A DNA stretch of 64,000 nt from an uncultured Gemmatimonadales bacterium. GTDB taxonomy: Bacteria; Gemmatimonadota; Gemmatimonadetes; Longimicrobiales; Longimicrobiaceae. Shown piece by piece: positions 42,577 through 52,430 of the stretch. The stretch lies in assembly GCA_963716255.1 (NCBI GenBank), contig OY970303.1:5792001-5856000 (forward strand), in the 5' to 3' direction. The position numbers were made by a program, and so were the translations under genes. The notes beneath the pieces are model-generated. The model made no database searches. It had not been told where the DNA came from and saw nothing but the letters and a program-made list of their open reading frames with translations. Each line of letters opens with the position of its first letter. The first letter of the stretch is position 1.

Positions 42577-42811
42577 GGATCTCCTCCCACCGTTCCAGGA
42601 ATTCGCGCCAGTTCGCTTCCACGATCCTCACCGCGCGCACCACGTCCGGGTCGCGCATGGCCCTGACCTCCACCACCTCCGAGCCGGTGTCCTCGTCGCC
42701 CAGCGAAACCTTTGCCACGGCGCCGTCCCTGAGCACGTGCACGTGTGGCGGCTCGTGGTCGTGCGTGTAGATCCGGACGATGAAGCCGCCCTCCCGGTGA
42801 ATCGTCGGCAT
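42569..42811 (-). CDS. DUF4160-family small toxin-like protein
   Basis: MPTIHREGGF..IYTHDHEPPHVHV...W.EIHG. Confidence 0.85.
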   Translation of the reverse strand: MPTIHREGGFIVRIYTHDHEPPHVHVLRDGAVAKVSLGDEDTGSEVVEVRAMRDPDVVRAVRIVEANWREFLERWEEIHG

Positions 42812-42991
42812 GAATATAACCTATCGTTGGGTTTCGTCAAGCTTCTCCCCCTCCGCCGCCGCCAACCCCATCTGAAAATGGGTCGGTCTCCCCATACGCG
42901 GGACCTTCCGGCCGGGTAATGTACGGGCACGGAGTGGCGGAATGCGACCGCCGGACGTACACGGACCCGACAGGGTCGAGGAGAGACCATC

Positions 42992-44650
42992 ATGAGCGAC
43001 ATGATCGATACGGAGGTGGCGATCGTCGGCTGCGGCCCGGTGGGCGCGCTGACCGCCAACCTCCTGGGGCTGCAGGGGGTGAGGGTACTGGTGCTGGAGC
43101 GCGACACGGCGGAGCACGGCCAGCCGCGCGCCTTTTCCTGCGACGACGAGGCGCTGCGCATCTACCAGATGGCGGGGCTGGCCGAGACGCTGCACGCGGA
43201 CATGGCCGTGTGCGACCGGGTGCACTACACCGGCGTGAACGGGCGCAGCTTCGCGGAGGTGGAGTTCCGTGGCCTGGACTTCGGCTCGGGGTACCCGGTT
43301 CTCAACTTCTTCCACCAGCCGAGACTGGAGCGGGTGCTGCGCGCGGGGGTGGCGCGCTTTCCCTCGGTGGAGCTGCGTACGGGGCACGAGGTCACCGCGC
43401 TCGCCCAGGACCGCGAGGGGGTGACGCTGGCGGTGCGCGACCGGGTGGGCGGCGCCGAGCTGCGGGTGCGCGCCCGCTACGTGCTGGGGTGCGACGGCGG
43501 CCGCAGCGCCACGCGGCGGCTGGCGGGGATCGGGCTGGCGGGGAGCAGCTACGAGGAGCCGTGGCTGGCGGTGTCCGGCGACGTCCCGGACGACGCGGTC
43601 CGCATGCCGGACACCCGCTTCGTCTGCGACCCGCGGCGCCCCGCCTTCGTGGCCCGGGGCGCGCGGGACGACTACCGGGTGGAGCTGATGCTCCTCCCCG
43701 GGGAGACAGCGGAGGAGATGGAGCGCCCGGAGACCGTCGCCCGGCTGATCGCGCCGTACGTGGACCCGGAAAGAATGCGCATCACCCGCGCCGTGGTGTA
43801 CCGCTTCCACCACGCCATGGCGGAGCACTGGCGGCAGGGCCGCGTGCTCCTGCTGGGCGACGCGGCGCACCAGATGCCGCCGATGATGGGGCAGGGGCTG
43901 GTCTCCGGCCTGCGCGACGCCGCCAACCTGTGCTGGAAGCTGGCGCTGGTGCTCCGCGGGGCCGCAGCGCCCTCGCTGCTCGCCAGCTACGAGACGGAGC
44001 GCCGCCCGCACGTGCGGGCCATGGCCGACGCCAGCGCCCGGGTGGGGCGCGTGATGATGGGTCGCAGCCGCCCGGCCGCGGAGCTGCGCGACCGCTTCTT
44101 CCAGGCGGTCCAGCTCGTCCCCGCGGTGCGGCGCTACGTCCGCCGCTTCGGCTTCAAGCCGGAGGCCGTGTGCGGCGCCGGGGCGATCCTCGGCGGGCGG
44201 CGGAGCCACCGCGGCGCGCCGGAGGGGAAGCTCTTCCCCCAGGCGCGGGTGGAGACGGCGTCCGGGCGCACGGTGCTTTCGGACGAGGTGCTGGGGCCGG
44301 GGTTCGCGGTGGTGGGCGCGGGGGTGGACCCGCGCGAGGCCGTGCCCGAGGCCGGCGCGGCGTGGGGCCGCCTGGGAGCCCGCCTGGTGATGGTGCTCCC
44401 GCCGGACGGCCCCGCTCCGCGCCCCGGCCTGGGCCTCACCCGGGTGCGCGACACCACCGGCGCCATCGGCGCGTGGCTCCGCCGCCACGGCGCGGAGGTG
44501 GCGGTGGTGCGCCCCGACCGCTTCGTCTTCGGCGCCGGCCCCGCCGCACACGCGGCATCCCTCGCCCGGTCCGCCGCCGGGACCTTCCTCGCCCCGGAGC
44601 TCGGCGCCCCGCGCTGGGAGCCCGCGGGCGCGCTGCTCGCCACGGTGTAG
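42992..44650 (+). CDS. FAD-dependent aromatic hydroxylase, MhpA-like
   Basis: VGCGPVG, GCDGGRS, GDAAHQMPPMMGQG..SGLRDA.NL.WKL, VVRPDRFVFG. Confidence 0.88.
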   Translation: MSDMIDTEVAIVGCGPVGALTANLLGLQGVRVLVLERDTAEHGQPRAFSCDDEALRIYQMAGLAETLHADMAVCDRVHYTGVNGRSFAEVEFRGLDFGSGYPVLNFFHQPRLERVLRAGVARFPSVELRTGHEVTALAQDREGVTLAVRDRVGGAELRVRARYVLGCDGGRSATRRLAGIGLAGSSYEEPWLAVSGDVPDDAVRMPDTRFVCDPRRPAFVARGARDDYRVELMLLPGETAEEMERPETVARLIAPYVDPERMRITRAVVYRFHHAMAEHWRQGRVLLLGDAAHQMPPMMGQGLVSGLRDAANLCWKLALVLRGAAAPSLLASYETERRPHVRAMADASARVGRVMMGRSRPAAELRDRFFQAVQLVPAVRRYVRRFGFKPEAVCGAGAILGGRRSHRGAPEGKLFPQARVETASGRTVLSDEVLGPGFAVVGAGVDPREAVPEAGAAWGRLGARLVMVLPPDGPAPRPGLGLTRVRDTTGAIGAWLRRHGAEVAVVRPDRFVFGAGPAAHAASLARSAAGTFLAPELGAPRWEPAGALLATV

Positions 44651-44715
44651 GGAAGAAAGCCGGAAGCGTGAGCGGGCCGGGCCTCCGTGGCCCCGGCCCG
44701 CCGCCACTCCGCAGC

Positions 44716-44846
44716 CGCGTGAGGGATTCCGGCCCGAAGGGGCGAGACCGCGCGGCTGTTTGCGCGGGCTCGACTCCGTTAGCGAGCGTGGTTTGCTCGC
44801 TTACGGAGCCGAAGCCCGACCCCCGCGCCCCGCGGGGGGCACGCCC
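44716..44846 (+). repeat. Structured dispersed repeat family A, copy 3
   Basis: Alignable to 3191-3330. Confidence 0.9.
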
Positions 44847-45088
44847 AAACTCGCCGTTCACCCCCTCACGACCCCCCCCGATCGTACCGGCTGCGGTTCA
44901 CCCGCCCCCCGCCGGGCGACCGGCCGTACCCGCGGCCCTGCCCGCCGAAGCCGCGCCGGTGGAAGTCGCGGTCGTAGCCGCCGCCCCGCTCCCCGCCGCG
45001 CGATCCCCTCTTGCGCTTCCGCGGGGCGTGGCGCAATCTCGCCTTCCCGCGCCCTCGCGCGACGGCACCCGCTCCCCCCCGGACCACC

Positions 45089-46378
45089 ATGCGACACGAC
45101 CTCCGTCCGCTGCTCCTCGCCGCCGCGCTCCTCGTGGGCGCGGCCGCGTCCGTCCCGGCGCTCGCCTCCCCCGCCGACACGGCGGCGCTCCGCGTCGCGC
45201 CCGCGCGGCAGGTGCGCGCCACGTACTATCCGGGCCCGGGGGACCGCTGGGAGCGGCGGCGCCCGGAGCAGGTGGGGATGGACTCCGCGCGGCTGCGGCA
45301 GGCGGTGGAGCTCGCCGTCGCCAGCGAGAGCCGGGCGCCGCGCGACCTCGCGCTCGCCCACTACCAGACCTTCGGGCGCGAGCCGTTCGGCGAGGCGGTG
45401 GGGCCGTTCCGGGAGCGGGGCGACCCGGCGGGCGTCGTCCTCCGCGGCGGCTACATCGTGGCGGAGTGGGGCGACCCGCACCGCGTGGACATGACCTTCA
45501 GCGTCACCAAGAGCTTCCTGTCCACCGTGGTGGGCGTGGCGGTGGACCGCGGCCTCATCCGCAGCGTGGACGACCGGGTGGCGGAGTACACCGGGCCCGT
45601 GCTCGCCCTGGAGGACGACGCCCGCGGCGACGCCCCGGGGCGGGTGGGGCGCTCGCCGTTCCTGGAGCCCTTCGCCTCGCCGCACAACCGCGCCGTCACC
45701 TGGAACACGCTGCTGCGGCAGACCAGCGACTGGGAGGGAACGCTGTGGGGAAAGCCGGACTGGGCCGACCGTCCCGCGCAGGACCCGGCCGAGTGGCTGA
45801 CGCGGCCGCGCTCCGCCCCCGGCGCGGCGTACGAGTACAACGACGTGCGGGTGAACGCGCTGGCGCTGGCGGCGCTGGAGGTGTGGCGGCGCCCGCTGCC
45901 GGAGGTGCTGCGCGAGGAGGTGATGGACCCCATCGGCGCGTCGAACACCTGGCGCTGGCTGGGCTACGAGAACTCGTGGGTGGTGCTGGACGGGCGGGCG
46001 GTGCAGTCGGTGAGCGGGGGCGGGCACTGGGGCGGGGGAATGTTCATCAGCGCCCGCGACATGGCGCGCTTCGGCCTGCTGACGCTGCGGCGGGGGCGCT
46101 GGCGCGACCGCCAGGTGCTCTCGGAGGCGTGGGTGCGGATGGCTCTGACGCCCACCCCCGCGCAGACCGACTACGGGTTCATGAACTGGTTCCTGAACAC
46201 CGGCCGCAAGCGCTTTCCGGCGGCACCGGAGTCGGCGTTCGTGCACCTGGGCAACGGCACCAACATCATCTACGTGGACCCGGAGAACGACCTGGTGGTT
46301 GTGGCGCGGTGGATCGAGAACGGCGCGGTGGACGACCTGGTGGAGCGGATCCTGGCGTCTCTGTCCGGGCATCGCTGA
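45089..46378 (+). CDS. Secreted serine hydrolase, beta-lactamase/AmpC-like fold
   Basis: Signal peptide; FSVTKS (SxxK); YEYND; GGGMFISARDMARFG. Confidence 0.85.
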   Translation: MRHDLRPLLLAAALLVGAAASVPALASPADTAALRVAPARQVRATYYPGPGDRWERRRPEQVGMDSARLRQAVELAVASESRAPRDLALAHYQTFGREPFGEAVGPFRERGDPAGVVLRGGYIVAEWGDPHRVDMTFSVTKSFLSTVVGVAVDRGLIRSVDDRVAEYTGPVLALEDDARGDAPGRVGRSPFLEPFASPHNRAVTWNTLLRQTSDWEGTLWGKPDWADRPAQDPAEWLTRPRSAPGAAYEYNDVRVNALALAALEVWRRPLPEVLREEVMDPIGASNTWRWLGYENSWVVLDGRAVQSVSGGGHWGGGMFISARDMARFGLLTLRRGRWRDRQVLSEAWVRMALTPTPAQTDYGFMNWFLNTGRKRFPAAPESAFVHLGNGTNIIYVDPENDLVVVARWIENGAVDDLVERILASLSGHR

Positions 46379-46410
46379 GTTTCGGAACTGCTTTGAACCG
46401 CGACGGACGG

Positions 46411-46542
46411 GTCCGGGCGTGCCCCCGGCTGCGCCGGGGTCGGGCTTCGGCTCCGTAGGGCTGCAAACGACGCAGCCCAACGGAGTCGAGCCCCGGCAAA
46501 CTGCGCCGGGTCTCGCCCCTTCGGGCCGTAATCCCTCACGCG
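46411..46542 (-). repeat. Structured dispersed repeat family A, copy 4 (inverted)
   Basis: Reverse complement aligns to 3191-3330. Confidence 0.9.
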
Positions 46543-46582
46543 GGCGGGCGCCGCGAGGAGGGCGCCAGCCGCCCGGGCGCGG

Positions 46583-47761
46583 CTACCCTTCCACGCGCCC
46601 CACCACCAGCCGCACGGGGATCCCCCCGTTCTTGGTCCGCAGCGCCTCCGCGAACCTCACCTTCACCTGCGCCTCCAGCCCGCGGTCCGCAGAGAGCAGC
46701 CCGAGCGTCCACCCCGGCAGCTTATCGCGCGCGAGCCGCCCCAGCGCGGCGTACAGGTTCCGCAGTCCCTCCGTCTCGCCCACGCGCACGCCGTACGGCG
46801 GGTTGCTGAGCAGCCACCCCGTGCCGGCCGGCGGCTCCGCCGCGGACAGGGGGCGCACCTCCAGCGCCAGGTCGTCCAGCACGCCGGCGCGCGCCGCGTT
46901 GGCGCGCGCCGCCTCGATCGCGCCCGCGTCCCGGTCCGACGCCGTGATGGGAGCCGGCGCCGATTCCAGGATCTCGCCCGCGGCGCGCTCCACGGTCCGC
47001 GCCCACAGCCGCGCGTCCGAGTCCGGCCACTCCTGGAAGGCGTAGCGCCGCGGCGTCCGCTCCGCCGAGGCGAGCCCGGGCGCGATGCGCCGCGCCAGCA
47101 GCGCCCCCTCGATGGCGACCGTGCCCGACCCGCACATGGGGTCCAGCAGCGGCGCCGTTGCGTCCCACCCGCTCCCCAGCAGCATGGCCGCGGCCAGCGT
47201 CTCGCGCAGCGGCGCCCTGGCGAGCGCCTGGCGGTAGCCGCGCAGGTGCAGCAGCGCCCCGGACGCGTCCGCGCTCACCGTGCAGCGGTCGTAGTGGAAG
47301 CGCACCACGAACAGCTGCCCCTCCGCGCCCCCCTCGTCCTCCTCCTCGTCTCCGCCCTTCGCGGCGCCCGCGCCCCCGAGGCTCCCCACCCCGCGCTCCA
47401 CCGCGTCCAGCAGCCGCTGCGCGATGGCGCCCTCGTGGTACAGCTTGCTCTTCCTGGAGGTGACGCGCAGCCGCACCGCCCCTCCCGGCGCCACGAACCG
47501 CTCCCACGGCACCCTGCGCGCGTGCCGCTCCAGCTCGAAGAAGGTGCGCGCCCTGAACTCCGCTACCCGCACCAGCACCCGGCTGGCCGTGCGCAGCCGC
47601 AGGCTGGCGTCGTACAGCTCCGCGCGCGTCCCCTCCCACGCCACCCCCCCGGGCTCCGCGGCCCCCGCGATCCCCAGCAGGCGCAGCTCGTGGGCGCACA
47701 GCTCTTCCAGCCCCGGGGCGGTCACTGCGAAGAGCGGAAAGCTCGGGTCGGCGGAGGGCAT
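46583..47761 (-). CDS. THUMP-domain RNA methyltransferase (RlmL-like)
   Basis: [44 protein letters not shown]. Confidence 0.88.
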   Translation of the reverse strand: MPSADPSFPLFAVTAPGLEELCAHELRLLGIAGAAEPGGVAWEGTRAELYDASLRLRTASRVLVRVAEFRARTFFELERHARRVPWERFVAPGGAVRLRVTSRKSKLYHEGAIAQRLLDAVERGVGSLGGAGAAKGGDEEEDEGGAEGQLFVVRFHYDRCTVSADASGALLHLRGYRQALARAPLRETLAAAMLLGSGWDATAPLLDPMCGSGTVAIEGALLARRIAPGLASAERTPRRYAFQEWPDSDARLWARTVERAAGEILESAPAPITASDRDAGAIEAARANAARAGVLDDLALEVRPLSAAEPPAGTGWLLSNPPYGVRVGETEGLRNLYAALGRLARDKLPGWTLGLLSADRGLEAQVKVRFAEALRTKNGGIPVRLVVGRVEG

Positions 47762-47918
47762 GGGCGGTCGGGTCGCGGGGAATGCACGGCGAGCGGCAAG
47801 ATGCGCCCGCGGACGCCGGAGCGAAAGTAGACGGCAGCACGGAGTACGCGGCAAATGAAAGGCGCCCCCGCCGGGAGAGTCCCGGTGGGGGCGCCCTGTG
47901 CGGACGCCAGCGCAATCC

Positions 47919-48048
47919 CGCGTGAGGGATTCCGGCCCGAAGGGGCGAGACCGCGCGGCTGTTTGCGCGGGCTCGACTCCGTTAGCCCGCGTTGTTTGCG
48001 GGCTTACGGAGCCGAAGCCCGACCCCGGCGCCAGCCGGGGGCACGCCC
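47919..48048 (+). repeat. Structured dispersed repeat family A, copy 5
   Basis: Alignable to 44716-44846. Confidence 0.9.
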
Positions 48049-48071
48049 AACCCCGCCGTAGCCGTAAGTCG

Positions 48072-49226
48072 TTACTGGTACTGGATGTACAACGGCACCG
48101 GGTGCAGCTTGAGCAGGTCCGCCGGCGACATGAGCGGATCGCCCTTCTTGGTGTCGTTGTGGTAGAAGAGCTTGAACCCCGTGTACTGCACCGGCTCGCG
48201 CACGATGTAGTCCCGGTACGAGTCCCGCTTCAGCCAGGGCGCGCCCCACCCGTCCATGTCCATCACGATCTGCACCTCGGGGCGCAGGATGATGTTGCGC
48301 GAGCCGGTCACCATGTTGCGGGTGAACCGGTGGATCACCAGCACCTTGGGCGGCAGCCGGTTCTCGCGGACGATGCGCGCCAGCTCGCCGGTCACGTAGT
48401 TGATGTCGGCCGCGGTCATGGTCCCGATCTTCCGCCCCGGCACGATCCCGCCGCGCATGTAGAACTCGGGGTCCACGGCGAAGTGCACTTCCGGCCGCTT
48501 CAGGAACTCCTCGAAGCGCGGCATCAGGTTGCGGATGTCGTCCTGGGCCACCTGCACGTCGATGATGAAGATGCCGTTCCGCTCCTTGATCATGCGGTAG
48601 ATGGAGTCGGTCTGCGTGTCCCGCAGCTGCGCGCGGTACTTGCCCGTGGGGCCGGGGGCGCCCTGCGCGACCACGGTCACCATGTGCAGGCAGGGCACGG
48701 CCGGGTGCTGCGGGTCGGCCCGGGTCCAGGCCTGCACCTCGCGGTCCAGCCGGCGCAGCATCTCGTCGCGCGGGTATTCGCCCAGCGCGCCCATGCGCGT
48801 GGAGTTGGGGTTCCCGTAGTAGCACACGATCCGCCTGGCCGGCAGGATCGCGCCGGGGAGCGACAGGGGCGCGTTGACCGGCCACCCCATCTCGCGCGCG
48901 AAATCCGGGTCCTCGCCCGCGTTGTAGCGCTTGGTGACGCTGTCGGCCCTGGCGATGCTGTCCGCCTTGGCGGAGTCCGGGTGCGACCGGGCGAGTGCCT
49001 CGGCCACCGTGCGGGTCGCGGTGTCCGCCGGGGCGAACTGCGCGGCGGCCGGGGCGGCGGCGCCACCGACCCCGGCCGCCGAAGTGTCTGCCGCGGCGGC
49101 CTTGCCGTCGGCGACCTGTGCGTCCGCCTCTTCCGCGTCCTTGCTGCAGGCGCCGAGCGCGAGCGGGGCGGAGAGTGCGACGGCAAGGGCGGCGGCCCGG
49201 ACGAGGGTGCGGGGGAGGTGGATCAC
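48072..49226 (-). CDS. Lipoprotein of unknown function
   Basis: GTG start with aggag RBS; lipobox LGAC; conserved-looking C-terminal domain (YYGNP..MG.LG, DPEF, MDGWG, GFKLFY). Confidence 0.75.
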   Translation of the reverse strand: MIHLPRTLVRAAALAVALSAPLALGACSKDAEEADAQVADGKAAAADTSAAGVGGAAAPAAAQFAPADTATRTVAEALARSHPDSAKADSIARADSVTKRYNAGEDPDFAREMGWPVNAPLSLPGAILPARRIVCYYGNPNSTRMGALGEYPRDEMLRRLDREVQAWTRADPQHPAVPCLHMVTVVAQGAPGPTGKYRAQLRDTQTDSIYRMIKERNGIFIIDVQVAQDDIRNLMPRFEEFLKRPEVHFAVDPEFYMRGGIVPGRKIGTMTAADINYVTGELARIVRENRLPPKVLVIHRFTRNMVTGSRNIILRPEVQIVMDMDGWGAPWLKRDSYRDYIVREPVQYTGFKLFYHNDTKKGDPLMSPADLLKLHPVPLYIQYQ

Positions 49227-49474
49227 GAAGCGTCTCCTGGGTGCAAAGGGTAGCCGGCGCTCCCGCCGGCTCTGGATGTCGTTCAGTCTACCATACTTGG
49301 CGCGTCCGGACCAGCGCCGGGCGCAAACGACCCGCAAAAGCGGTGCTCGCCGCCCCGCGAGGCCGGCGGCGCCGGTGCGTGCGACCCGCATCCGGCACCG
49401 GCTTCCCCGCCGCGGGCCCGCTCGGTAGATTCGGTGCTCCACGGCGGTTTGCGGACACGCGGCGAGGCCCCTTC

Positions 49475-51904
49475 ATGGCGGGAGCTGGAACGGACGGAGC
49501 GGAGGGAGCCCATCCGGCTCCCCCCGGCGGCGACGAGGTCGCGGCGCGGCGCCTGTCCGGCCTGCTGGAGCGCTGCGCCCGCGCGGAGGCGGAGCTGGCG
49601 CGGCTGGCGGCCGCCGAGCGGACGGCGCGGGCGGAGGCCGAGGCGCTGGCCGGCCGGTCGGCCCGGCTGCAGGCGGTGACGGCGGCGCTGTCGCGCACCC
49701 TCACGGCCGAGCAGGTGGCGGAGGTGGTGGCCCGGGAGGGGGCGGAGGCGCTGGGGACCCGCCTGGGGACGGTGTGCGTCCTGGACGGCGGGGAGCTGAG
49801 GATCCTGCGCGGGGGCGGCCTTCCGGACGACCTGCGCGAGGCGTGGGCCCGCTTCCCCCTGGCCGCCCCGGTGCCGCTCGCGGAGGCGGCGCGCACCGGG
49901 GAGGCGCTGTACCTGGAAACGCTGGACGCGGTGCTGGGGCGGTTCCCCGCGCTGGCCCCCGCGGTGGAGCGCCTGGGCGCGCGCGCCTGGGCGGTGCTCC
50001 CGCTGTCGGTAGGGGAGCGGCGGCTGGGGGCGCTCTCGTTCTGCTTCACGGAGGAGCGCGAGGTCCCGCCCGCGGAGCGGGGCTTCCTGGCGGCGCTCGC
50101 CGACCAGTGCGCCCACGCGCTGGAGCGCGCCCGCCTGTACGGGGCGGAGCGGCGCGCGCGCGCGGCGTCCGAGCGGCTGCAGGCGCTCACCGCGGCGCTC
50201 TCGGAGGCGGCGGCGCCCTGGTCGGTGGGGCAGGTGCTGATGGGGCAGGGGGTGGCGGCGCTGGACGCGTACGCCGGGGTGCTGGTTCTGCGCGCGGGCG
50301 GCGAGGTGGAGATCGTCGGCTCCATTGGCTACGCGGAGACGGCGTGCATGTCGGAGGGGCGGCGGTGGGCGCTGGACGCGCCCATCCCGGTGGCGGAGGC
50401 CGCGCGCACGGGCGAGCCCGTGTTCGTGGAGTCGCCGGAGGCGTGGGGGCGCCGCTACGGAGGAGAGCACACCCGCTCGTCCGGCGCCGGCGCCGCCGCC
50501 TGGGCGGCGATCCCGCTGTGGGTGGAGGGGGAGCCGGAGGGCGCCCTGCTGTGGACCTTCGACCGGCCGCGCGAGTTCGACGCCGAGGACCGCGCGCTGA
50601 TGACCGCCGTGGCGCGGCAGGGGGCGCAGGCGCTGGAGCGCGCCCGCCTGTACGAGGCGGAGCGGCGCGCCCGCGCCGAGGCCGAGCGCGCGGTGCGGCG
50701 CATCTCGCGGCTGCAGGAGCTCACCGCGGCGCTGGCGGGGGCGCTCACCCCGTCGCAGGTGGCGCGCGCGGTGGTGGAGCAGGGGACGGCGGCGCTGGGG
50801 GCCGAGGCGGGGGTGGTGGTGTTCGCCGTGGACGAGGGGGAAACGCTGGAGGTGGCGGACTCCACCGGCTACCCGGCCGACCTGGTGCGCCCCTGGGAGC
50901 GCTTCCCGGCGGCGAGCGACGTCCCCATGGCCGAGGCGTTCCGCACGCGCGAGCCCATCGTCCTGCGCACCCGCGAGGAGTGGAGCCGGCGCTACCCGCA
51001 CCTCCCGCACCACATCGACTGGCACACGTCGTCCGCATCGGTGCCGCTCCTGGTGGGGGACGAGGCGGTGGGCGCCATGGGGCTCACCTTCGCGCGGCAC
51101 GTGGAGTTCGGGGACGACGAGCGCGAGTTCCTGCTGGCGCTGGGGCGGCTGTGCGCGCAGGCGGTGCGCCGCGCCGGGCTGTTCGCCGCGGCGGAGGCGG
51201 CGAACCGCGCCAAGTCCGAGTTCCTGGCCATCATGTCGCACGAGCTGCGCACGCCGCTCACCGCCATCATCGGCTACGGCGAGCTGCTGGCGGACGGGAT
51301 CACCGGGCCGGTCAGCGGCGAGCAGGCGCACCAGCTGGGGCGCATCAAGGCCAGCGCCATGCACCTGCTGGGGCTGATCGACGAGGTGCTCACCTTCGCG
51401 CGGCTGGAGGCCGGCCGCGAGACGGTGCGGGCCGAGCCCATCGACGTGCGCGGGGCGGTGCGGAGCGCCGCGGAGCTGGTGGCCCCGCTGGCGGCCGGCA
51501 AGGAGCTGGCGCTGCGGGTGGAGGCGCCCCCCGGCCGCGTGTGGCTGGACACCGATCCCGGCAAGCTGCACCAGATCCTGGTGAACCTGCTTTCCAACGC
51601 CGTCAAGTTCACCGACGCCGGCTCGGTGGAGCTGTCCGCCGAGGCGGCGGACGGGACGGTGGCCTTCCGGGTGACCGACACCGGCATCGGCATCCCCCCG
51701 GAGCAGCTGGAGCGCGTGTTCGAGCCCTTCACCCAGGTGGAGTCGTCCCCCACCCGCCGCTTCGGCGGCACCGGGCTGGGACTCAGCGTGAGCCGCCGGC
51801 TGGCGCGCCTGCTGGGCGGCGACCTGTCGGCGCGGAGCGTCCCCGGCGAGGGGAGCGCCTTCACCCTGGTGCTGCCGCTGGGGGGCGGCCCCGCCGCGGA
51901 GTGA
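49475..51904 (+). CDS. Multi-GAF sensor histidine kinase
   Basis: Three GAF-like repeats; H-box [31 protein letters not shown]. Confidence 0.92.
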   Translation: MAGAGTDGAEGAHPAPPGGDEVAARRLSGLLERCARAEAELARLAAAERTARAEAEALAGRSARLQAVTAALSRTLTAEQVAEVVAREGAEALGTRLGTVCVLDGGELRILRGGGLPDDLREAWARFPLAAPVPLAEAARTGEALYLETLDAVLGRFPALAPAVERLGARAWAVLPLSVGERRLGALSFCFTEEREVPPAERGFLAALADQCAHALERARLYGAERRARAASERLQALTAALSEAAAPWSVGQVLMGQGVAALDAYAGVLVLRAGGEVEIVGSIGYAETACMSEGRRWALDAPIPVAEAARTGEPVFVESPEAWGRRYGGEHTRSSGAGAAAWAAIPLWVEGEPEGALLWTFDRPREFDAEDRALMTAVARQGAQALERARLYEAERRARAEAERAVRRISRLQELTAALAGALTPSQVARAVVEQGTAALGAEAGVVVFAVDEGETLEVADSTGYPADLVRPWERFPAASDVPMAEAFRTREPIVLRTREEWSRRYPHLPHHIDWHTSSASVPLLVGDEAVGAMGLTFARHVEFGDDEREFLLALGRLCAQAVRRAGLFAAAEAANRAKSEFLAIMSHELRTPLTAIIGYGELLADGITGPVSGEQAHQLGRIKASAMHLLGLIDEVLTFARLEAGRETVRAEPIDVRGAVRSAAELVAPLAAGKELALRVEAPPGRVWLDTDPGKLHQILVNLLSNAVKFTDAGSVELSAEAADGTVAFRVTDTGIGIPPEQLERVFEPFTQVESSPTRRFGGTGLGLSVSRRLARLLGGDLSARSVPGEGSAFTLVLPLGGGPAAE

Positions 51905-51997
51905 CCCGGCGGGGGTGGAGCATGTTCCTTGCGAGGGGGGCACGGCGTCCCGTCCGGGACCTGATCGTCCGGGAAAACCCCCACGCCGGAGGAAGCC

Positions 51998-52297
51998 ATG
52001 CGTCACGTCCTCGCCCTGCTGGCAGCGGTGCTGCTCGCCGCGCTGCCCGCCCCCGCGGCCGCCCAGTCGTTCGTCGAAGCGGCACCCGCCGTGTCCGTGC
52101 CCGCCGCTCCCGTCCCGGTGACGGACGTGGTGGCCACGGCGCCCGCCCAGCAGGAGAAGGTGCAGGAATCCGCTCGCGCCGAGAGCCTTGCCCGCGACCT
52201 CCGCGACGACCGTCAGCTCGCCCAGCGCGGCAGCTTCTGGTGGCTGGTCGGCGTCATCGTGATCGCCGGCGTGCTGCTGGCCGTCCTCCTCGACTGA
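51998..52297 (+). CDS. Small secreted/membrane-anchored protein
   Basis: RBS ggagg; signal peptide ending AAAQ; C-terminal transmembrane helix. Confidence 0.65.
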   Translation: MRHVLALLAAVLLAALPAPAAAQSFVEAAPAVSVPAAPVPVTDVVATAPAQQEKVQESARAESLARDLRDDRQLAQRGSFWWLVGVIVIAGVLLAVLLD

Positions 52298-52430
52298 CCC
52301 TCGCGCGCGGGGCCACGGCGACTTGCCGGGGCCCCGCGCCGCCCGTTACCATGTCCGCCCGCCTGTGGCGCTCCGCCCGCCCCCGTTCCCCGCGCGGCGG
52401 CGCCCGGCCTTCCGAATCCCCACGCGCTCC

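Noticed and set aside
42812..42842. Sigma70 promoter TTGACG-N16-TATATT (minus strand) for the TA pair
   Set aside because: The -10 box ends 1 nt before the ATG, too close for a normal transcription start; cannot be supported without TSS data.
45089..46378. Serine hydrolase as trans-acting NRPS release enzyme or resistance gene
   Set aside because: It has a secretion signal and is separated from the cluster by unrelated housekeeping genes; no evidence of linkage.
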